64,000 nucleotides of DNA from Balanoglossus misakiensis (lineage: Eukaryota; Animalia; Hemichordata). Below are positions 56,143 to 64,000 of the stretch, in pieces; within the stretch, counting starts at the first letter, position 1; each line of letters opens with the position of its first letter. The stretch is taken from NCBI GenBank assembly GCA_040954595.2, contig CM082587.2, positions 5,382,206 to 5,446,205 of the forward strand, in the 5' to 3' direction. The notes below the pieces were generated by a model, which worked only from the letters and a program-made list of their open reading frames with translations, was not told the origin of the DNA and did no database searches. Made by a program: the position numbers and the translations under genes.

Positions 56143-56860
56143 TAATACTTAATACAATTTTTTTGAGATATGTAATCTTTAGTCATTATTCAATAAAAAA
56201 ACACATTAAAAACATGCATGCACTGATTAAACTTGGAGTGGTTTATTTCCGTACCGATCATCTTAGGGCGTGCGTATATAGTTAATATGATTTTTTTGAG
56301 ATTTGTTATCTTTCGTCATTATTCAATAAAAATATTAAAAACATGCACGCACTCATAATACTTGGAGTGGTTTATTTCCGTACCGATCATCTTCCCCTAG
56401 CGTATATAGTTAATACAGGTTTTTTAGATATGTTATCTTTCGTCATTATTCAATAAAAAAAATATTAAAACCGTACACGCACTCGTAATACTGGTAGTGG
56501 TTTATTTCCGTACCGATCATCTTCCCCTAGCGTATATAGTTAATACAGGTTTTTTAGATATGTTATCTTTCGTCATTATTCAATAAAAAAAATATTAAAA
56601 CCGTACACGCACTCGTAATACTGGTAGTGGTTTATTTCCGTACCGATCATCTTCCCCTAGCGTATATAGTTAATACAGGTTTTTTAGATATGTTATCTTT
56701 CGTCATTATTCAATAAAAAAAATATTAAAACCGTACACGCACTCGTAATACTGGTAGTGGTTTATTTCCGTACCGATCATCTTAGGGCGTGCGTATATAG
56801 TTAATATAAGTTTTTTTTAGATTTGTAATCTTTCGTCATTTTCAATAAAAAAAAACTATT
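56143..56860. repeat. Tandem array, about 130-bp unit, about 5.5 copies
   Basis: GTACCGATCATCTT recurs at 56251, 56380, 56510, 56640 and 56770. The central copies are identical. Confidence 0.97.
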
Positions 56861-57132
56861 AACAACATACACTGTTAGTCTGTTTTGTGGTGAAATATAT
56901 TTTTTTGAGAATTGTAATCTTTACCTATTTACCACTAATCCAATCAATAAAACGTTATCGAAACAAACACTGGTATTAACTGGCATTCGTTTTTTTTTAT
57001 TTTCACAGCAAATCACATGTATTCAAATAAGGTAGGCGGATTCACTTCAATATTGGTTCAATCCGCGAATGAACAACAGTTATGGTACGGTGATCGCGGT
57101 AGATGTGTTCTTTCGTGTTTATGAATTTTATA

Positions 57133-57790
57133 GACACTGACTTCATTTCCTTGACCTTGTTTTGCAGATCCAGTGACGAGATCAACTCATAATGGTATTC
57201 ATCAACCAAGCCTGGGCCTAAGTGACTAGCTATTTTCGCCATGCAGCAGTATAGCTGCATGGGTGCGGTAAGGGCAGTATGTTCCATGTACAAAAGATCA
57301 TGAATATTAGACATTCACTTCATTTCCTTGTTTTGCAGATCCAGAGACGAGATCAACTCATAATGGTATTCATCAACCAAGCCGGGGTCTAAGTGACTAG
57401 CTATTTTCGCCATGCAGCAGTATAGCTGGGTGCGGTAAGGGCAGTATGTTCAATGGACAAAATATCATGAATATTAGACATTCACTTCATTTCCTTGTTT
57501 TGCAGATCCAGAGACGAGATCAACTCATAATGGTATTCATCAACCAAGCCTGGGCCTAAGTGACTAGCTATTTTCGCCATGCAGCAGTATAGCTGGGTGC
57601 GGTAAGGGCAGTATGTTCCATGTACAAAAGATCATGAATATTAGACATTCACTTCATTTCCTTGTTTTGCAGATCCAGAGACGAGATCAACTCATAATGG
57701 TATTCATCAACCAAGCCTGGGCCTAAGTGACTAGTTATTTTCGCCATGCAGCAGTATAGCTGGGTGCGGTAAGGGCAGTATGTTCAATGG
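57133..57790 (+). repeat. Tandem array, about 167-bp unit, about 4 copies, each with a splice acceptor and donor
   Basis: GCAGATCC recurs at 57164, 57335, 57502 and 57669. The unit is ttccttgttttgcAG|ATCC...GTGCG|GTAAGG. A diverged copy lies at about 58402-58515. Confidence 0.95.
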
Positions 57791-58616
57791 CTGAACGAAG
57801 ACCAGGTTTCAAGCAAGGTTTGACGAGCGATATGGACATCAAAGCCCCTTTTTTCATGGTGGCCATTTTGAAGATTTTTTTTATCGATTCAGACTGGTGC
57901 CTTTTCCCAGTCAAGCGAACTGATTTTGCACAAACCTGTATGTAACAATATGGACCCCGTATAAACGGGGTGGCCATTTTGTTATGGCACAAACATGTTC
58001 GCCATTTTTGTAGGAGACATTCCATTTACTATTACTTTTTATTTATTCCAGGGATCCCATAGATGATGCTAAGATTATTGCCAGCCTGTGTGATTGATGT
58101 TCAGAGATTACTACATGGTTGTGGGAAGGTAAGAATTGTGGAAAAGGAAAGCAATGGCGGAGACAATACATGGTAGGGGGTGTGGATGGGAGGGGGGGTG
58201 TTCACTATGTCCAGGAGTTGTCGGTTTAACTAAGTACAATTATAAGCTTGTATGGCAGATCTCTATCGTTGTTGCAGTATAATTTAATCAAGTTGCCAAA
58301 TAGAGTGAACTTCCAGGCAGCCATACAGATTTGCATGATGTACCATCTGCGAATGAACAACATTTGGCGTACAGTGGTGATCACGCTTTGTTTCATGTGT
58401 ACATGGATATTATAGACATTCATTTCTACATTGCTTGTTTTGCAGATGCAAAGACCAGGTGGGGTATCCGGCAACCAAGCTTAGGACGAAGTGTCCATTT
58501 TCCGCGATGCAGCTGTAACTGTTACTGGCAGTCTTCAGTGACCACCTAACATCCAATGACAATAGTATATTTCCATTGATGTTTACCGAGCTGATGCAAT
58601 TCTTGGAAATTTTGGC

Positions 58617-58830
58617 ATGATTGTGTAAATTACAACTCTGGTTTCAAAACTTTGAAATTAAACTTTTCAATGAACTAGATTAAAAATGAAATGCTTGAGT
58701 CTGTGTCATTTTATTACCCCAACATGATTGTGTAAATTACAACTCTGGTTTCAAAACTTTGAAATATAAACGTTTCAATGAACTAGATTAAAAATGAAAT
58801 GCTTGAGTCTGTGTCATTTAATTACCCCAA
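58617..58830. repeat. Direct tandem duplication, about 106 bp x2
   Basis: catgattgtgtaaattacaactctgg...ttaccccaa starts at 58617 and at 58723. Confidence 0.95.
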
Positions 58831-59046
58831 CTTGAACATTGCCTTGACGTTGAGATAACTGAAATGGGTAAACTCAGATTAAAAAAGCTCAAAATGCGAC
58901 AGGTAATGTTTTATTCGTGTGTCTTGTGATTGACAACTTTTGACGTATTTCGCATACCAGAGTTCGAAGTTTTCGAATCGCTGATGCATGGGTTGGGGTA
59001 GCGCAGCCAGCGGTGGGATTGGGGCAGGGAACCAGACTAGGGTTGG

Positions 59047-59212
59047 GGTGGGTGACAACTTGACCTATCGTGTTACATGACAAAGACAATATAACACGAC
59101 ACAATAGACTGATAGGCTGATAGTCTATGGGTGGGTGACAACTTGACCTATCGTGTTACATGACAAAGACAATATAACACAACACAATAGACTGATAGGC
59201 TGATAGTCTATG
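59047..59212. repeat. Direct tandem duplication, 83 bp x2
   Basis: ggtgacaacttgacctatcg...gatagtctatgg at 59051 and 59134. Confidence 0.95.
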
Positions 59213-59909
59213 GATAGAAACGTGATTTGCATTCTTTTTCAAATCTGATTTAATCCCAAGTTTCAAGATCCTGAATACCCTCACTTTCAGATCACCCGCT
59301 ACCGGACAATTTATTTCAATATAAAGGTTAAAGGCAGCTATGATTATTCCCATACCTATATAACCTTTGTATGATAGTTATAATGGACGCATTACTCACC
59401 TCGCCAGCGTACATCCGTGAAACCAGCGACGAAAAACTCTATCACACTCTATCTTCCGAACATAGGGTTCCTATTTGCCTTTTGAACTATGATCTGTTCT
59501 GTGTGGTGTCGTGACAGCGCTGCGCTTATCATTCAAATGCGTATAGTCCAGGTACAAGTAGTTGTGCAACACGATTTTGGCCAAAAAAATAATATGTGCT
59601 GTTCCAAGGACTCGCAAGCTGGCTTTATGATAAGCTTGGCTGATCACGTGTTAAATGAGGTCAGTCAGGACAAGGTCCTAAAGGGAAACGACATTTCACA
59701 TCAACACGGGGTCTCTTGCGAGGGGACAGTCTCTGGCTAAAAACATCGGATACAGTTTAAATTTCCATTGAGGATAGTAAACATGGAAAACGAAAAAATT
59801 CCCTAAAAGCATAAAATCTGGAGCTCTCGTGGGGCGACGGTTAATATTGAAGTTCTAAAATATAGCCAACGTATTTAAGTCTAAAAAAGTTTCATCTTAA
59901 AATTATCAT

Positions 59910-60210
59910 TTAAACGCTTTCAAAATAGCGGCGCATTTCTTTTGCCAAACGCTGGTGAAATGCGTTGAGACATTTCAACGCTTGGGACATATCGCCCTGT
60001 GTCGCAAGCAGACGACATTAAGCCCAAATGAACGCCTTCGCACACATCATCGTCCTCTTCCTGAATTTTGTCCGCCAAACCTACGCTACTCTGGATGAAA
60101 GCGTCCACTTCGTCCTTCAATCTGGCGTCCATGTATGACTTGTCCAGGAAGAAATCAAAGACGAAGTCGGTTCGATCATAATCGCGCGGGTATAAAGTGA
60201 TTGCTTCAAG
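59910..60210 (-). pseudogene. 3' fragment of the Rieske oxygenase gene (5'-deleted and frameshifted)
   Basis: LEAITLYPRDYDRTDFVFDFFLDKSY...GRYVPSVEMSQ is nearly identical to 62295-62599. A 2-nt deletion (tgcgttgag vs tgcgtattgag) shifts the frame. The Rieske and mononuclear-iron His motifs are missing. Confidence 0.92.
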
Positions 60211-60299
60211 CATGGACGTAAATGATCATAGTAAAGTTAAAATGAACGTTGTATTACATTAAATGTTCAAAGGCTAGTTATGAAGTACTTGCTTTCATT

Positions 60300-61901
60300 T
60301 CACAACATTGACTGTATGCCTTTACGAGGGTAAAATTCAAGGCTACAGTGGCAAAGTTCACGGTTGTCTTTGCTTATAACAAAATTCAACTTCTCCGGAT
60401 TTTTCTTCTCTTCCCAGGTTTCGACGGTCAGTGTATCACCAGGCACGGTTTCATCGAAATACAAGGCTTGTATTGCCTTAATCTTGTACTGTGACATGTC
60501 ATCAGCATACAAAGAGTATACGTCATTCTTTATTGCAGCGTTGGCACACTCTTGCGCGTATCTTATGTAAGCTGAGAAGTTGGTGTGTTGATTATGGTCG
60601 ACATCATGGTACGGTACGATGACTTTCTCCTGAAAGGTTTTCAAGGGCTTGTCTTTTAGTCGTTCCATAACCACTGGCCTCTGACCTTTCAGCTGTGAGC
60701 CGTACATATCACGAAACCAGTCGGGTATCCTCTCTGGTCGTCTCGTAGAGTTATTGGCCCTCACCATCTGTTGACAACAGGATACCAGCGGCTTGCGGCC
60801 ACCATCACGGTCATCGGGACTTCTGATCGTGGACTCGAGCGCATATGACGTGTTACCAATACTAGCCAATTCGTGACGAACGTTCAAGTTGCTTGAGGAT
60901 TGCACTTTCACGTGGAAATCTCTGGAAATGTGCAAAACCTGTGAGCGCATGAATATAGGCAGGAGGCCTCGAAGTTGTAAATAGTCGACCTCTTCTGTGT
61001 GTGCCGCGGACCCTAAAAAATTATACAATTCCACGATGTCCTCGGGGCCCATGCTGTCTGCAATAAAATAGATTTCAAAGATTAATACTTTGTTGTTCTG
61101 TCACATAAATGATGCAAACAGACAATTATGTTGAGCTTACTCATAATACACTCTTATAAGTTTAGCGCCCTCATGCAGCCATCATCTCAAATCGAGGCCA
61201 ATTGAGAAATCCCCTTGATGCTAGCGAGGGTATTTGGCTGCGGATATTAGACCTCTCAAGTAAAAGTTGGCATATTAGGCGGGAAAATAATCACCGAGCG
61301 AAGCAATCTTAGGTTTGTTTAAAATTGAAGCAATTGCCATATAATTAGCCTAAAACACTAGCTTCAAAGTAACGTTTGAAAATAAAAACTAACATCATGT
61401 TAGTCGATAAAGGCTGCTGTATCAAGCATTTTCTCAGACTTCCCGAAATCACATGTTTCACCCAGTATGGACTTGTGTCTGGGCAGCTCTACCATACTGA
61501 CAAATTATTAATTAGCTGACTTCAATACACTTCAGTCTGATCGCATAACCTTAAAGCGTCAGCGACATCTGACCAGGCCGAAGGCCAAATCGACCAACAC
61601 GGGGCCAAACATTCAAAACAAACCCATAGAACTACGAAACAGAGCATAAACCTATCTTATTATATTTAACTGAAACAATTCCAAAATACATATAGGCCCG
61701 TTTGGGGTTAATATATTGCAGGGTCCATTAGGCCCTTTTACCACAGGTTGGCGCAGTTATACACCATCCACCGTTGAAGTTGGTGGGAAAAATGATATTG
61801 CAGAGTGGTATCCTACCTTCTCTGACAAATCTCTCATAATCACGCCTTTCCAATAAAGCACAGAAGCTAGAACTGTTAGGATGGTACTCTACCACTTTCA
61901 T
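60300..61901 (-). CDS. Double hot-dog fold thioesterase-like protein (acyl-ACP/acyl-CoA thioesterase family)
   Basis: The main exon 61057-60300 has IGNTSY, RRPERIPDWF, DVDHNQHTNFSAY and YFDETVPGDTL.V..W. A likely exon 1 at 61901-61817 (MKVVEY...FVRE, G|GTAGG) joins in frame at phase 1. Confidence 0.8.
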
Positions 61902-62294
61902 TGTCTCTGAAGGGGGTGACAAGTCGGCGTATACCACACACACACACAGCCACATACATGAAGGAAAGGGTTCCATCCACGGAAGGACTCGCAAGCTGGC
62001 TTTACTTTATGATAAGCTTGGCTGGTCACGTGTTAAATGAGGTCAGCCAGGACAAGGTCCTAAGGGAAACGACATTTCACATCAACACGGGGTCTCTTGC
62101 GAGGGGACAGTCTCTGGCTAAAAACATCGGATACAGTTTAAATTTCCATTTAGGATAATAAACATGGAAAACGAAAAATTCCTTAAAAGCATAAAGTCTG
62201 GAGCTGAGCTCTCGCGGGGCGACGATTAATATTGAAGTTCTAAAATATAGTCAACGTATTTAAATCTAAAAAAGTGTCATCTTAAAATTATCAT

Positions 62295-63551
62295 TTAAAC
62301 GCTTTCAAAATAGCGGCGCATTTCTTTTGCCAAACGCTGGTGAAATGCGTATTGAGACATTTCAACGCTTGGGACATATCGCCCTGTGTCGTAAGCAGAC
62401 GACATTAGGCCCAAATGAACGCCTTCGCACACATCGTCGTCCTCTTCCTGAATTTTGTCGGCCAAACCGACGCTATTCTGGATGAAAGCGTCCACTTCGT
62501 CCTTCGGTCTGGCGTCCATGTACGACTTGTCCAGGAAGAAATCAAAGACGAAGTCGGTTCGATCATAATCGCGCGGGAATAAAGTGATCGCTTCGAGCCA
62601 GGGGCCGTACCTGCTGACCATGAAGTTGGGATATATGTAGTTGTACGTGGACTTCTTGCCAATTCTCTGCTCTGCTTTCGGGGTGTCCGCTTTGGTTTCC
62701 AGGACCTGGATGGTGTAATCCTCCGTGACGTCCACCATGCGCAGGGACTTGGCGTTGTAATACTCATCGCTGAAACTTCTGTGGGTGACGTCGACGTGAT
62801 AGCCGCCGTCGCTGAAGTTTTCCACCACGGTCTTCCAGTTTGCCTTGATAGGATGGGTGGTTCGGTTTACGAAGACGGCGTTTTCCTGACTGGTATAGCC
62901 GTGATCCCTGAGAGTTCTCTCCACTGCCTCCAACTTCAAACCTGCGTCTTCTCCGACGTTGTGGCCCCCGAGCTTCACCAGAACGAACGGACCCCAGGCG
63001 GTCACGGGCACGTGTTTCAAACCGCTTTCGGACGCCCTGAAGTCTTGGATTCCTCTCATTTTCGTGGCCTTCGAGAGCCGACCGTCCAATCTGTAGGTCC
63101 AGCCATGATAAGAGCAGCGAAGCTGGTCAGCGACGCCGTCACCTTTAGCCACCGGCATCCCTCGGTGGCAGCAAGCGTTAACAAAGGCTCGCAACTGGCC
63201 GTCCAGGTCCCTGCAGACCACCAGCGGCTCGTCCACCATCACGGCTGTGAAGTACTGGCCAGCAGTACTGACTTGGTCAACGCGTCCAACCGCCAGCCAG
63301 TTGTTCTTGAAAACCGTCTCTTTCTCCAGTCTATACATGTCAGGGCTCACATACCAAGAAGACGGTGGGGTAGTGCCTTGTTCGATCGGAACTGAAGGAT
63401 CGTATCGGAAAACCGTCTCCTTCAGGGAATCATGATGGAGTGTATGTTGGCGACGGACAAAGCAGAGAATCTCACACCTTTTCCCCATGGCGAGTTTTCG
63501 ACTTGTGGAGATGGTCAGGCATGTTAGGACACGGCCAACAGACGATATCAT
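62295..63551 (-). CDS. Rieske non-heme iron oxygenase alpha subunit, choline monooxygenase-like, intronless CDS
   Basis: TPPSSWY, Rieske NACCHRG...CSYHGW.Y..DG.L, mononuclear iron ANWK..VENFSDGGYHVDVTH, YIYPNFMVSRYGPW, QEEDDDVCEGVH.GL.S and GRY. Likely start ACCATG at 63551; the ORF is open from 63800. Confidence 0.93.
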   Translation of the reverse strand: MISSVGRVLTCLTISTSRKLAMGKRCEILCFVRRQHTLHHDSLKETVFRYDPSVPIEQGTTPPSSWYVSPDMYRLEKETVFKNNWLAVGRVDQVSTAGQYFTAVMVDEPLVVCRDLDGQLRAFVNACCHRGMPVAKGDGVADQLRCSYHGWTYRLDGRLSKATKMRGIQDFRASESGLKHVPVTAWGPFVLVKLGGHNVGEDAGLKLEAVERTLRDHGYTSQENAVFVNRTTHPIKANWKTVVENFSDGGYHVDVTHRSFSDEYYNAKSLRMVDVTEDYTIQVLETKADTPKAEQRIGKKSTYNYIYPNFMVSRYGPWLEAITLFPRDYDRTDFVFDFFLDKSYMDARPKDEVDAFIQNSVGLADKIQEEDDDVCEGVHLGLMSSAYDTGRYVPSVEMSQYAFHQRLAKEMRRYFESV

Positions 63552-64000
63552 GGTAGTTTTTAGATCTATACACACAGGTGTCTTGTGGAGGAATAACTGT
63601 GGGGTGGTGAGGGTAAGCACAGATTGTACCGTTTGCCTGGTAACACCGTGTCTTGTAGTGAAGAATTTGATTGAGAATGACAAACATGACCCTTTAATTT
63701 GCACAAGGCGATGTCCAACATTAGCATACATTAGCACTTTCGCTACAATGGCTAAATATTGTCCATGCGGGTAAACTCTGGCGTGGTGTGAAAGTCTCAT
63801 TCACTGATTTACTTGCGGACGCATGCATTATTTTTGTCTGTGTATATGCTCATACCTAGCTGTGAAAGCATGAAAAGTTTGCGCACATGATAACATTATA
63901 GGCTTATCATAAATATCTTTTGCCGCGAGTGCAATAAATTTGATCAGTTGGTTTTGATCAATTCGAGTAAAGTTAAAATGAACGTTGTTTAAAAGGCTAG

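Noticed and set aside
56143-57790. Repeat arrays as possible CRISPR arrays
   Set aside because: Units are fully repeated with no unique spacers, there are no cas genes, and the context is eukaryotic.
57042-58025. Minus-strand ORFs of 90 and 96 aa across the 167-bp repeat
   Set aside because: No recognisable motifs, and the unit length is not a multiple of three, so frames break between copies.
61141-61253. AG..GT-bounded segment within the thioesterase intron
   Set aside because: Stops in all three frames, and exon 61901-61817 joins 61057 in frame without it. At most a poison exon.
62781-63395. 204-aa plus-strand ORF
   Set aside because: Antisense shadow of the Rieske oxygenase CDS.

Overview
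AT-rich, intron-containing animal genomic DNA, most consistent with a marine invertebrate deuterostome (hemichordate- or cephalochordate-like; inferred, not verified). It is gene-dense, with three head-to-head pairs: TMEM203/NDOR1, GEMIN4/PLP-dependent C-S lyase and QTRT1/DOLPP1. It also holds a tandemly duplicated Egt2/CefD-like lyase, a two-TM PY-motif protein and two FRRS1L-like DOMON proteins. An accessory region at 51.8-64 kb has a cGAS-like (Mab-21) nucleotidyltransferase with intact catalytic motifs. Its probable first intron carries tandem arrays and an antisense chain of splice-site-bounded non-coding exons. Next to it is a tandemly repeated cassette of a choline-monooxygenase-like Rieske oxygenase and a hot-dog thioesterase. 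Gene identities come from recalled family motifs and manual splicing; no database searches were run.
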